Shown: positions 39,697 to 53,586 of the stretch, in pieces
Layout of the letters: the number at the start of each line of letters is the position of its first letter
Numbering within the stretch: the stretch's first letter is position 1
Origin: Octopus sinensis
Taxonomy: Eukaryota
DNA length: 64,000 bases
NCBI RefSeq assembly: GCF_006345805.1
Contig: NC_043011.1
Coordinates: 65,298,464 to 65,362,463 of the forward strand
Direction of reading: 5' to 3'
Made by a program: the position numbers and the translations under genes
Notes under the pieces: model-generated
Seen by the model: the letters and a program-made list of their open reading frames with translations, nothing else
The model's database searches: none
Told to the model about the DNA's origin: nothing

Positions 39697-41819
39697 CACA
39701 GCGCAACAAATTTCAGGTTCAAATAAATTCCAAGACTTGTTTCTGGGTCAGAAAATTGTCCTAATTCTGATTACGACCTTTATTTCTCCAGATTAGGCAA
39801 CGTTTTCCTGTACCATGAACCACATTTTTTATAATATACTGCATAATATTGCGCACTGAATACAGAATTGCAAATACTGAAAGTTAGAAAAAAACAAAAG
39901 AAAAATGTAGTTTGTATAACAAAAAATATATTGGTTATGAATTAAAAACACACATGTCTGTTTAAACAACTTTTGTCCTTTTAAGCTTCTTGTGCCGGTT
40001 GCTATCTTCTTTTTATACCCCAGCAGTAGTCCGCTAGAATGCCAGGTTTCTATTTTCCTTTGAATCGTCGCTCCATCACTGAAATATGCTGATGGAACCT
40101 TTCGCCATGTTCATCACTCACATCACCAAGATTTTCCGCGAAAACATCCAAATGAGAGGGAATCACCTGGACCTTTAGAGACATATTACATCACATATCA
40201 TGGTAATGACTCAGCAGATCATTTACAACTTGCACATTGTATTCCGAACGATGGATGCCCAGGAGGTTATCGCTACTTGAATGACTCAAAGGCAAGCTTC
40301 TCTTTTCTCTTGAGATGTGTGAAGATGGTTTCAAGTACAAATCGTCTTTAAGTTTAGATTGACTTGGGGAAGGGCACTTTTTCTGCAAGATATGCAAATG
40401 CGGAGGATTCCTTGTCCCAGGCTTCACAAATTGCTTAAACAAACCAAGTTTCATATGCAAAGGTGTTAAGAAATATTTCTATCACTTTTCACAAGTAGTT
40501 TGTGCATGACGCTGTGTTTTCCTTGCTCAATTTCATCTCGGATCGGCCAATCCATGCATACATAATGTTCAGCTCTTACCTTGGAAAACCATAAACACAG
40601 GAAGTATCAAGATTTAGTATAGTCACGCTGAAGGCCAGTAATCAAGGCCACAGCATTACAATCTGCACAAATACGCCAGGTATGGTCATCATACTGTATG
40701 CTTGTTAGAATTGCTTTCAGATTTTCATATGATTCTTTCATGGTTGTGCTATAAGCTATGGTTATAGAAACCAGAGTGTTACTATTCTATAGCAGAACAG
40801 ATTTGATGCTGTCATTGGATGCATCTATGAAAATTCGCCAATTGGTTTTTTCAAATGGTATTTCCAGTTGCTCAAAAAGTTCAGTGATGTCATTAAAAAA
40901 GCATAAATCATTTTTCATGGTGAATAATGCAAGCAGATCCTCTGTACGTTTTCTGTACAGGATTATCTTCACTCCTTACTCACGAAGATTACGTTCTTGA
41001 AGCCTTGACGCCAGAAAAACATTTTTATCTTTGGTTAAATAGAGATCCCTGCACAAGTTATTTAGAGCCTCTTGAGAAAAAAGGATTGGTTTATTATCAC
41101 TTTCTGAATCGTTGGGCTCCACACATTCACCACCGGAACGTTCATCAGCACTACTGACACTCTGCATTTCTTGATCTGGATGTTTAGGCAGAGGTAATTT
41201 TCTGAGTACTCTACTTGGCGCATTGCTGATTGCAAATTTGTGTAAAAATGTGTTTCGTTTTCTTTGATGTAGTACAGTCTGTAAAGTCATGGTGAGAGAA
41301 ATAGCAATCATTAGAGTGATCTTTCTGCTCACGCCAAATCATTGGCACGCCAAACTTCATGTGAACATTTTTTCCTGTATACCAGGCATTCAATGCCTTC
41401 ACACATGTAAGGCAACGCACGGGGTGAGCCCATGACATATCCTGGTCTCCTAAATAACAGTCAAAGTATGCCATGTATATTTTCTTGTAATGGCGTGTAA
41501 TACTGGGCTGTTCTTTCTCAAAAATCAATTCCCCACAGATATAACAGAACCCATTGGGATCACTTTTGCACTGTCAAACACAAGCTTTGAATCACATTGT
41601 AGGTGTTTCTAAGATAGGCCTCTAGTTCTGTGTTGAAAGACATTTTACAATGCGATAAAGAATTTTACTTAAGGATAATGACAAAAAGGGTACACAGTGA
41701 CAATACTGTAGAAAGCATGCTTAATTTAAAAAAAAGAAGGCCAGAAATTGATTTCCCATGTCATATTGCATGTAAAAATGGATACAGATCTCTCGTACTT
41801 TTTTGAGTTTTGCAACGTG
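39697..41819 (-). mobile_element. Probable Chapaev3 (CMC superfamily) DNA transposon, frameshifted
   Basis: Termini CAC...GTG; 3-bp TAT TSD confirmed by the empty site in arm A (about 13890); transposase motifs YF.C.LGDQD.SWAH..C..C, GVPMIWRE..DH..DCYF, HMKLGL.KQFVK, SDEHGERFHQ. Family name from recall of these motifs. Confidence 0.7.
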
Positions 41820-42373
41820 TATCCGGCCGCTAAATTTATGATTAATCTTCTATCATTAAACAACTAATAAATTGCTTAATCGATGAACAACTATATATAA
41901 TTTCTTCACATTGTGTGAACTATATCCGAATCTGTACACTTCCTTACCACTTCTCATCCTGTGTTACACATTTACACCTCCTATCCTGTGATAAAACATT
42001 CCATTTAAATACATGGGTAAAGTATGCATGCCCGTGTATGTGTATATCTTGGGGTTAACTTAGCAATCTGGGTGAATGTCTTTGAACTTGCGAATGTGTA
42101 AGACGTGCAAACAGTTTTAATCTTCTCACTGGCATACTTTTGTATTTCCGATTTTGGTGTGTGTGTGTGTGTATGATACATTGTGGTGTCTTTCATTTCT
42201 GACATTCTTACTCTTTGTGATTTATCATGCCTCTCATAAAGTAGCGTCCAATAATAATCCTACGCATTAACAGTGCGAAATTGCTGTTCCTGGTCTAATC
42301 TTACATATTAATTGAAAGCTTGAGTGAAACATATCAAAGTGAGACACGTGATTTATTTGTCATTGATTTTGAT

Positions 42374-42512
42374 GTGTGGTAAGTGGCTGTGTGGTAAGTA
42401 GCTTCTTTACCAACCACATGGTTCCGGGTTCAGTCCCACTGCATGGCATCTTGGGCAAGAGTCTTCTACTAAAGCCTTGGGCCGACCAACGACTTGTGAG
42501 TGGATTTGGTAG

Positions 42513-42582
<70 letters not shown>

Positions 42583-42791
42583 TTGTGTGTCTGTGTTTGT
42601 CCCCCTAATATTACTTGACAACTGATGCTGGTGTGTTTATGTCCCCGTTATGTTAGCAGTTCGGGAAAACAGACCGATAGAATAAGTACTAGGCTTAAAA
42701 ATAATAAGTGCCGGGGTCGAGTTGCTCGATTAAAGACGGTGCTTTAGCATGGCCGCAGTCAAATGACTGAAATAGGTATAAAAGAGAAAAG
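42374..42791 (+). mobile_element. Full-length tRNA-derived SINE with internal (TA)n/(TG)n
   Basis: Head gtggctgtgtggtaag...gggttcagtccc, core, and 3' ggccgcagtcaaatgactgaa tail. Confidence 0.8.
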
Positions 42792-42796
42792 ATATT

Positions 42797-42939
<143 letters not shown>

Positions 42940-43465
42940 TCACTAAACGAATTGAAGGCATGGCTGCTCTCGATTATTGGGACCGCCTTAAGGTCTTGAA
43001 ACTCTACTCTCTCCAGCGTCGCCGTGAACGGTACATCGATTGTACGATGTAAAGAATATACCGCCCACTTTGCCCAAACGACCTGAACATTAGCTTCAAT
43101 GTTCATCCAAGACCACGGGCCATGCGTTCATTACCCAATTAAAGATCACAGCATACCTATACAATACAACATAATTTCTTTTCCTCAACAGGCCCTGCCC
43201 TATTTAACATTGTCCCGAAAGTGATCAAAGAAAAAAGGGTCCCATCAACTTTAAAAGTAGTCTGCATAGATTCCTTCTAGGAATACCAGATAAGCCACCC
43301 ATAATTGGATACAACTCACCCAACAAAAACTCACTACTTGAATGGACCATAAACAAAACTTAACTTAAACAGAATTTAGAGAATTCTATCAGGGGGTGCT
43401 ATTAAGTTAGACATGACCTGGACATAACATTGGTCGAATCACATCTAAGTTTATCTAAGTTTTTT
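42940..43465 (+). mobile_element. CR1-clade LINE 3' fragment, same family as 19586-22777
   Basis: Homologous to 22290-22777, including the TCTAAGT tail. Confidence 0.85.
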
Positions 43466-43532
43466 ATATATACAAACATACATATATATGCATACATATA
43501 TAAATATTTACATATTTATATATACATACATA

Positions 43533-43583
<51 letters not shown>

Positions 43584-43616
43584 AGGTTTGAAAATGCAAT
43601 TTAAAAGATGTTTATA

Positions 43617-43658
43617 TACTTTACCGGTTTCAGTCTTTGGAAAAGATTGTCAAAAGTA
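43617..43658 (-). ncRNA. Hammerhead-like motif, U3-A8 variant (PLE-2 inverted arm)
   Basis: UACUU-UUGACAA-UCUUU.UCC.AAAGA-CU-GAAA-C-CG-G-UA-AAGUA; stem II offset by 2 nt. Confidence 0.5.
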
Positions 43659-44503
43659 ACATGTGGAAGTTTGGTTGCGTTAATTATTGGTTGTTACAAA
43701 TTGCTACATTACATATATATATACAGTCATTGGTAACATGTTAAGGACATAAAAAAGTTCAACAAGTACCTTAAAATATTGGGCAAAAAAGATTGCATAA
43801 ATAATCGTTCTCAAGGACATACTTAAGATACTTTCCAGAAGGAATTGATATTGGTATTGTATCTGTATATTCAAACATGCACAGAATATTAGTTGACACA
43901 GAGTACTATAATCCATATAAATATACAGTCTTTGGTGACAACAGTATGTTGAGAATATAAAAAAGTTTAACAAGCTCATTTAAAAAATTGGCAGAAAAGA
44001 TTAAAACAAATATATTATACATCTCAGGGTAATTTCCAGGAGGAAATATTAAAAATAGTTCAGTATACACATACAGAATAGTATGAGTTCAAAAAGATTT
44101 ACATTATTGTAGTGGTGAAGTTGTCACTAACCTGTCCGTTTTAGCAGAAATGTGGAATTGAAAAGAATGTACCCGTTTTTTTCTTTTTTGGGCTCTCCTT
44201 CAAGCATCAATGCATCAACATTGAAACTGACATCCATTACAAACCCACTGACTCCAAACAATACCTTCTATTCACCTCCAATCACCCAAAACACACAAAG
44301 ACAAATATCCCCTTCAACCTATCGAGAAGAATCTGTACAATTGTCTCAAATGACAAAACACGAAATAGAAGACTTCGGGAACTAAGGGCAATTCTTCTCG
44401 AAAGACATTACCCGGCATCACTAGTAGACAACGGAATAGAACGGGCCAAATCAATTAACACTCAAAACCTACGAAAAGCTAAACACATCCACAGTACAGT
44501 AAA

Positions 44504-45112
44504 TTGCCTCCCCTATCTCTCAACACACAACCTAAGGAATGCAGAAACATACACTATTATATACAACAACATTCCACAGCTAAATTAGGACCCACGCCTG
44601 AAAAATTACTGGCAGCTCATAAAATAATAAAAAGTAAGAGACAACCTAAATCCCTAAAAAATCTCCTCACCAACGCAAAATTACAGAACAGAAACCCACC
44701 GCCCACCATCAAAAAATGTGGTCGCCCCAACTGCAGGACTTGCATCCACCTCATTGAGGGATCGACGTACAAGTTCCGGTCGGGACACACATTCATCATA
44801 AAAAATAATTTCACGTGCGCATCAAAAAATTTACTCTACGTCATAAGGTGTGAAGGGTGCCTCGAAGACTACATAGGGCAAACGAGCCTTACCCTCAGAG
44901 AAAGAATGACAGTTCACCGACAACAACTGAGGGACCCCTACAGAAGACAGATACCACTAAGTGGACACTTAGACCTTTGTGCACACAATAAGTCCCCCAA
45001 ATTCTTACTCTTCCCACTATACCAATGCTCGGACAACACCACAGACCAAACACGAATAAATATGGAAAGTAATCTTATTCAAAAATACAGACCACAACTA
45101 AACATACTCTAA
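44504..45112 (+). CDS. PLE linker Cys motif plus GIY-YIG endonuclease
   Basis: KCGRPNCRTC; TCASKNLLYVIRCEGC..YIGQT..LRERMTVHR; ESNLIQKYRPQLN. Confidence 0.88.
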   Translation: MPPLSLNTQPKECRNIHYYIQQHSTAKLGPTPEKLLAAHKIIKSKRQPKSLKNLLTNAKLQNRNPPPTIKKCGRPNCRTCIHLIEGSTYKFRSGHTFIIKNNFTCASKNLLYVIRCEGCLEDYIGQTSLTLRERMTVHRQQLRDPYRRQIPLSGHLDLCAHNKSPKFLLFPLYQCSDNTTDQTRINMESNLIQKYRPQLNIL

Positions 45113-45502
45113 CATACCCCCCAGGCACACATCCAGAACAAACGCACAAACACACACACACACTCGCACCGTATCATGCAAGCAGACACATGCACGCATC
45201 AGCACACATAGAGCACACTAGCAGACGTTGACCACACACATACGCGGCACACACACGCATGCATTATATATATGTATGTTATGTATGTGTGTGTGTGTTG
45301 TGTGGGTTGTGTGTGTGTGCATTGTGTGTGTGTGCGTATGTGTGTGCATTGTGTGTGTATGCATGTATATGTGTATATGTGTTATATATATGTATATATG
45401 TGTGTGTTGTGTGTGTGTGTATGCATCGTATATGTGTATATGTGAATGCATTGTTTCTGTGTGTGTGTGTGTGTGCATTGTATATATATATGTGTGTATA
45501 TG

Positions 45503-45541
<39 letters not shown>

Positions 45542-47028
45542 GTGTGCATTATATGTATTGTATTGTGTATATATATATTATATGTATGTGTGTTGTATAT
45601 GTATGTGTACATTTTGTGTATATGTATGTGTATATATGCATTGTATATATGTATATTGTATGTGTGTTGTATATGCATGAATACATGTATATACATTATA
45701 TGTATATATATGTATGCATTGTGTATGTATATGTTATGTGTATATATGTTATATGTGTGTATATTATATATAAATATATATTATATTTGTGTGTTGTGTG
45801 TGTATTATATGTGTGTGCGTTGTGTGTGTGTGTTCTGTATGTATGTGTGGTGTGTGTGTGTGTATTGTGTGTGTGTATATTATGTGTGTGGTGTATATGT
45901 GTATGTGTGTGATGTGTGTGTGTGAGATGTCTGTGTGTGTCTGTGGTATGTATATGTATGATGTGTGTGTGTGTGTATATATATGTATATTTAGTGTGTG
46001 TGTATGTCCCGCACACACGCGTAGATGCGCACACGCACGCACACGCGCGCACACGAGCGGGCACGCATATACACACACCATCCTACCCCCAAAAAATTCT
46101 TTAAACAACACACATCTATTTACACCACCATGGAACCAATCAAAAACAGCCCCCCCACACACACAGACACATGTATACGTGTATGTGCACGCACACAGGG
46201 ACACACAAAAACACACCAATCTCACCTCCATACAGGCACATATATACACACGCAGCACCATGTCAAATGCCATCCACACACATACATGCGTACACACACA
46301 CACACACACACAACGCCATGACAACCACACACGCGGTTGACCAACAGACACCATCCGACCAAATACTACAGACACACAGACACATCTATTCACACCACAT
46401 GTATATGTATGCACACACACATACAAACAGAAACACACATATTCACCTCATCCTAACCCCAAAATCATTGATGCTTGAAGGAGACCCAAAAAAAGAAAAA
46501 AAAACGGTACATTCTTTTCAATTCCACATTTCTGCTAAAACAGACAGGTTAGTGACAACCTCACCACTACAATAATGTAAATCTTTTTGAACTCATACTA
46601 TTCTGTATGTGTATACTGAACTTTTTTTAATTATTCCTCCTGGAAATTACCCTGAGATGTATAATATATTTGTTTTAATCTTTTCTGCCCATTAGTTCAA
46701 TGAACTTGTTAAACTTTTTTATATTCTCAACATACTGTTGTCACCAAAGACTGTATATTTATATGGATTATAGTACTCTGTGTCAACCAATATTCTGTGC
46801 ATGTTTGAATATACAGATACAATACCAATATCAATTCCTTCTGGAAACTATCTTAAGTATGTCCTTGAGAACGATTATTTATGCAATCTTTTTTGCCCAA
46901 TATTTTAAGGAACTTGTTGAACTTTTTTATGTCCTTAACATGTCCCAGTTACCAAAGATTGTATATATATATATGTAATGTAGCAATTTGCAACAACCAA
47001 TAATTAACGCAACCAAACTTCCACATGT

Positions 47029-47071
47029 TACTTTTGACAATCTTTTCCCAAAGAGTGAAACCGGTAAAGTA
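47029..47071 (+). ncRNA. Hammerhead-like motif, U3-A8 variant (PLE-2 3' arm)
   Basis: TACTT TTGACAA ... GAAA CCG GTA AAGTA; 5-bp stem I; palindromic ACCGGT stem III. Confidence 0.5.
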
Positions 47072-47156
47072 AATAAATGTCTTTTAAATTGCATTTTCAA
47101 ACATTCTTTCGTATATAATTCCACTCATGCGGTACCCCACAACTCAACTTTGTCAT

Positions 47157-47225
<69 letters not shown>

Positions 47226-47289
47226 TATATATATATATATACATGTATATTATATATGTATAAATATATATATATATGTATATATATAT

Positions 47290-47505
47290 AATATATATAT
47301 AAGAATATGCATGTATATTGGCGATTTCTTTTCATCTGTCTCCCTTCCTTGTTCTTTCCTTCTCCTGTGTTTCCGACGAAGAGCTCTGCACGAAACGTTA
47401 TACATTCCATCTTTCCTTCCGTCCAATAATACTATATTTGTTTCACGTCCTTGCGTAGTTGTGTTTCTATTTGTGTTTTAATGTTTGGATTAACTTTATT
47501 TATCC

Positions 47506-47510
<5 letters not shown>
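47290..47510 (+). mobile_element. Degenerate PLE-type terminal repeat fragment with a decayed hammerhead (47367-47404)
   Basis: gttt-CcGACGA-agagc.tct.gcac-GAAA-CGTT-atac. Confidence 0.4.
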
Positions 47511-47567
<57 letters not shown>

Positions 47568-47568
<1 letters not shown>

Positions 47569-48335
47569 TTAGCAATTAAGGACAACTTCTTAATAAGGAA
47601 AACTTAACAAGAAATTATCGGGTAGATAGCGTGAAAAACCTCATAAAAGAAAAAATTTCGAAAACAATTCTTTCTTATTGAACATATTAATTATATATAG
47701 AGGGCATTATTATACATACATCCACCACACGCTAAGAGGGGCAAATTAGTCATTTCTACACAAAAAATTTTACTAATCCCAACGAATGCAATTTTTCAAA
47801 GTAAGACAATTTAAAAATATGGACTTGTATCACCTGTGATTTCATACCTCTGTATTCATCAGCAAGACTGGACGTATCATAAATAAACGAACCCAACTCG
47901 TGTAAGCCGAGCAACCATCTGATCATCTTCAACGAAGCACATGGGTGGGTTTACATATATTACATCCGGTAAATGGCAGACTTTTACGAATTGCATTTCG
48001 AGAAAGGAAAAGTTTTTTCGGAATAAAATTTAGCAATTAAGGATAACTTCTTAATAAGGAAAACTTAACAAGAAATTATCGGGTAGATAGCATGAAAAAC
48101 CTCATAAAAGAAAAAAAATTCGAAAATAATTCTTTCTTATTGAACATATTAATTTATATATAGAGGGCATTATTATGCATACATGCCACACGCTAAGAGG
48201 GACAAAATTAGTCATTTCTACCAAAATTTTACTAATCCCACCGAATGCAATTTTTCAAAGTAAGACAATTTTTTGGTACAAATGACTAATTTTGTCCCTC
48301 TTAGCGTGTGGCATGTATATATATAAAACTGGTAA
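47568..48335 (-). mobile_element. 461-bp partial tandem repeat plus short inverted cap (PLE terminal repeat or retrozyme-like)
   Basis: tttagcaattaagg recurs at a 461-bp period; about 48275-48335 is inverted relative to about 48180-48225; canonical hammerhead inside. Confidence 0.7.
47824..47866 (-). ncRNA. Canonical type I hammerhead ribozyme
   Basis: CUUG-CUGAUGA-AUAC-AGAG-GUAU-GAAA-UCA-CAGG-UGA-UA|CAAG: all three stems paired, core intact. Confidence 0.85.
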
Positions 48336-48508
48336 CCAATACTTTTTTATTAAAATATATGTCCTTCTCAGTATAACTTTGACATGTGAAACGAATTAGT
48401 TAATTCTTGTAACAACTTTAATGAATGTCACTAAATGGATACGTTTAGATCTTCAGACTGCTATTCTCACACAATTATATATGCACACATACACACACAC
48501 ACACACAC

Positions 48509-48542
<34 letters not shown>

Positions 48543-49647
48543 ATATATATTATATATATATTATATATATACATATTGTATTTTAATATACATGCATATT
48601 CATATAGACATATATATATATATATATATATTATACAACACACGCACGCACATATTATCTACAGACACGCACACATTAAACATATTGCAATTGGTATAAA
48701 AGAGCGTTTATCTACCAATAATATTAACACTAACAATATGTGAACATTTCTTCTTTATTTTTTTCTGATTATTTTCAAAAGAGTCACCTCTAGATATTGA
48801 TTATACAGGATTTCAGAACGTGTGAACCTTATATGAAAGAACAATACTCATTCGTTAATCTGTTCCCATTACAACACATTTCAAATATTTAAGCTTGTAC
48901 TACAACTGTGAATTACAGAACAGCGCATGCATATCATTATTTCACCACTGCCCTCATTTTTGCTTTAGTAATTGAACCGCGATTGTAGCCAGGAATATTC
49001 TTTGTAAGGAGATATGGAACGAGAATTGGAGAAAAGGATATATACATAGATAAATCTGGAATGCACGTATCTTCAATTTTGTTCGACATTAATTATACAA
49101 GAAATTGACATATTATACTCTTCCATTCATTAACAAATATGAGATTTACTAGGATCTTGCTGATGATAATTCAGTTTAAAAGACAGAAAAATTAGGCCGG
49201 TACCAGGGTGTCACAGACTAGTGAGTTCAATGTAGTGCACTTTGCAGAAGTAAAACCGTGTTCAAACCTTCTCTGGGGGAGGGCTAACATATTTCTTGCT
49301 GTTTCTTTCAGGCGATGTGTGTTGGTTATGAGCCGAGGCAATCGTGTTGTTATAGCTGTTCACTATAGAGGACCAATACAATATATTCTGTTCTACTCTG
49401 GGCACAAGGCCGGTAATATTATCATTATTATTATTGCGCGGGAGCGGGACATTCGATTTGATCGACCTCAGTAAGCAACTGGTATTTAATTTATCAACCC
49501 CGAAACGACGAAAGGAAACCTCCGCAGAATTTGAATAGAAATATTGCAACACCTTCCTTCCTCTTAACGTGAATATGTATGACCTTCATTAGTAAATTCA
49601 CTCTGACATTATATAGCAAAATGTACTAAGAGTTTCACGTCTACCTA

Positions 49648-50937
49648 CGAGGGGCGTTCAATAAGTAATGCCCCTGACCCACGTCCCATAGCAGTAGAGC
49701 AATGAAACTTGGCACAGTTATTAGTCTTTTTCTACATAGGAAGCAGCCAGAGTTACGCATTTCTCCCATCGTTTGATGCGGCTCTGGAGACCGTTTTTGT
49801 AGAAGAACCCAGCTTGGTCCTCCAACCTCAACGTGACTTCAGAAATCAAGACTGCATCATCTGGGAAACGCTTTCTTTTCAAAAACAACTTCATGATTGG
49901 GAAGAGGTTAAAATCAGAGGCTGCAAGGTCAGGAAAGTAGGGGGGATGGGGAGGGGTTCACAGCCATACGCCTGTGGTTCTGATCTGGTGACAAGCGAGT
50001 TGTGGACCGGAGCGTTGTCCTGCAGGAGGAGGATGCCTTTGCTGATCTTTCCCCGCCTCTTGCTTTTGATAACTTCTCTTAACTTCCTCAAAAGTGAAGC
50101 ATAATAGGCTCCTGCAATTGTGGTACCCTTTGTCAGGAAATCTGTCATCACTACACCGTCCTGGTCCCAGAAGACTGTGAGCATGACCTTGCCAGCGGAG
50201 GGCTACACCCTTGCCTTCTTTGGAGTGGGTGAGTCACGGTGCTTCCACTGCATTGACTGGGCTTTGGTCTCTGGATCATCGTGATTGACCCAGGTTTCAT
50301 CCTGTGTAATCAGTCTTTTGGAAAATTTTGACTCATCTTCTTGGCACATCTCCAAATTCACCCTCGAGCACTCGACGCGTTCTTGCTTCTGGAAAGGCGT
50401 GAGCAACCTGGGAATCCATCTGGCAGACACCTTTTGCATATGCAAATGGTCATGAATGATAGTTTCCACATATCCAGTACTAATCTTGACCTCATGTGCT
50501 ATTTGGCGAATAATTATACGTCGATCTTCCAAAATGGCAGCCTCAACTTGACGGACAGACGTCTCATCAATGGCAGAAGGGGGCGGCCAGATCTGGGAGC
50601 CGTTTCCACAGAGTCCCGACCATGTTGGAATTCACGATGCCAGCGTTTTACAAGGTCATATGATGGGGCATCATCACCATAAGTTACTTTCATTTCATCA
50701 AAAGTCTCCAGTGGTGTGCGTCCTTTCAAATACGAAAACTGGATCTCTGCTCGACACTCAACAGGCTCCATTTCACACATGACACGGTTCGAATACCTGT
50801 AAATCAGAAACCACTATTAATTCAGAGTTGTAATTTGCTACTCCCTCTATAGAGATACACATGATTGAACATGCAAAATTCAGCTAGATTAGACAAACAC
50901 AAGTGGGTCAGAAGCATTACTTATTGAACGTCCCTCG
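49648..50937 (-). mobile_element. mariner DNA transposon (DD34D), frameshifted
   Basis: TIR cgaggg(g/a)cgttcaataagtaatgc, TA TSD, empty site in arm A (about 11622); WIPRLLT, QDETW, QDNAPVH, PY.PDLA.SD. Confidence 0.95.
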
Positions 50938-51596
50938 TATTAATGAGATTTCTAACTCCTAATTGTAGAGGTATCTTAAATAATTATATAATAATATGAG
51001 AACAATTATATAATTAGTAATTGATATTGTAATATTCAGTTAATCTTCAACTCGTAAATATACCATGTTATTTGACTGCTATCTAATAATAAATGAAGAA
51101 AATGCTTGAATATTTGTTGCTATGATGTTACTATTATAATGCATAAAGCAATCCGTAATTATATTTACAATTATCAAGATGCAGCACGGAATTTTGTGAG
51201 GGAAAAGGTCGCGGTCTCAAAGCGACGAAAATATTTTGGCAAATTAAATGTTGATGTTAAAGTGAATCTAACGTTTTTTCTGAGTTTCTTAAATGGCATA
51301 TAAACATCTTCCACACTGCGAGTGTTTTCGTTCCAGCACACGATTCAAATCAGTCATTTGCTATGCAAGTACATCTCCGTTTTTATACTAATATTCTGAA
51401 GAAAGTTCTCAAGTGAAATGGGATTCGGTCAAAGATATTGCAGTATAAACAGGTTGCTGGGAATTGTAAGAATGAAATCACTTACCTTAACGCTAGAAGG
51501 ATTGCCCAGGTTCTGCAGAGAAATAACATATATGTTGAAAGACAAAGAATTTTGCAAATCTGAATTTAATTATCTACACAAAAACACACATATATG

Positions 51597-51663
<67 letters not shown>

Positions 51664-52840
51664 TATAATACATATATATATATATACTAATGCATGTATA
51701 TTTATGTATGGGTGTATGTATATCCTAATGAGGGGGGTATAAAGGTTATCATTCTCGATATCTTAAGCGATGTATGCAAATATATTATCTCTTATACTAC
51801 CTGTCATTCTTGCTCCCAATTTAAATTGTATTGTAGATTCAATACGAAAGCATGAAAACAAATGCGGCGCTGGTTTTAGAACACTATACCTTCAAGATCG
51901 ATCTCATGAATGACACTAATACTAGAGACTTATATTTGCTAATATTTAATTTTTTGTTTAATTTTGAATAGTCTGTTTTCTCTTGACAGAGAAATTTGTC
52001 AGGAGCGAGTTTACAAAATGTTTTCTATGTAGTTAGTAAACAATGAACTTCACTGACTTACTAGTGATACATGAGCTTTATAAAAAATGGAATCCTTCTG
52101 GCGGCGTTTAAAATATACACTACACCAGTCACAACTTAATACAACACCAATAAGGAAGCGTTGTTGTAATGACATCTGGGGCTTGGATTGAAGCGTCTCG
52201 TTCGACTTAAGAATTAAGTGTAGTAAATAATCTGGTTTCCGTGTTTAATAAAGCTCACTTATATACTTCAAAGCAGTTATTGGGTCTGTTCACGAAATTT
52301 AATTCGCATCTAAATGTATCGACCCGTCTCATGATGACAGAAACATTCTCAAGTGTTTGTGTCTATCAACATCAGCAATAGTTTCGAAAACATTTATGGT
52401 ATCTTGTTCTATATTGAAAAGTTAATAGCAATGCAAAAGAATGTCACTGCTGCAAAAATTCATTAGATAGTACAGACTATTCATTTTTCCACATAACCTC
52501 GCAACAAATTAAAAATATATTACGAATAGAAAAGTCAAGAGTAATCATTGCTCAAAATTTATAGATATTTCAAGGCGAATTCGAAGACAGAACGGAAAAG
52601 TATTTCAAGAAATTCTATGAATTTTGTAATGGGAAATTAACTTACGCCGCAGCTGTAATTTTCTTAAGAGAGAATAGCATTTAGGTGTGGCAAAATAATA
52701 AAAGCATCTTATAAGAGTTTCGTAATACCTGCAAAAGAATGTTAATGAGGACAATTCATTTACAAATTAGCCACAGAAATATACACAACACGGATACGCG
52801 CACGCAAACGCACACGCAGATATATGCATGTATATATGTG

Positions 52841-52899
<59 letters not shown>

Positions 52900-53150
52900 T
52901 ATAACACACATATATATGTGAGTGTGGTGTGTGTGTGTATTTGTGTGCGTGACTGTTTATGAGTTTCAACAATCCTCCGAATTTCTGAACCACTGCAATG
53001 TTTAAATGGAAAATACTCTAACGTGCATAAAGTGTAAACTTGTACAATGAAATAATTTGAAATCGTCCCGTTTTTTGTGTGTGCACTCCCTTGCTTAAGA
53101 ATGTATATATATATATATATATGTAACATGTATATATACATATATATATA

Positions 53151-53424
53151 TATCACGTGATCACGTGATATATATCACGTGATCACCTGACCATCAGATG
53201 TTGTTACACATCACTGGTCACAATGCATTCGTATCGTTTTAGCCTTCGAATGACGCCACCCCGCTGGCTAAGCGAGCAGGCCAACAGAAGAAAGAGTGGG
53301 TGAAAGAGCGGAGCTTTTAGGTGTTTTCGCTCAGTAAACACTCAAAATGTCCGGTCTGGGAATCGAAACCGTGATCCTGCGAACGCGAATCCGCTGCCCC
53401 AACCACTAGGCCATTGCGCCTCCA
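53151..53424 (-). mobile_element. tRNA-derived SINE (family of 16568)
   Basis: Reverse complement tggaggcgcaatggcctagtggtt...ggtttcgattccc; 3' gatcacgtgata repeats. Confidence 0.75.
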
Positions 53425-53586
53425 CATATATATATTATATATATATTAGCAAATTTACGTCAGAAATCACGGTTGAAGCTACATGCCAAGAGCAGCAATC
53501 ACGTGCTTTCGTGTGGGAATTTGTGTGTTTTTTAATAGATAATTGAAAGAATACAGTCGAACGACGATTTAACAAATTTCCTTTCT

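Larger units (their letters stand above)
43579..47109 (+). mobile_element. Penelope-like element (PLE-2), 5'-truncated, with inverted terminal repeat
   Basis: Inverted arms 43579-44212 and 46466-47109; RT C-terminus (TDIHYKPTDSKQYL..SNHP); GIY-YIG ORF; microsatellite-rich 3' UTR. Confidence 0.88.
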
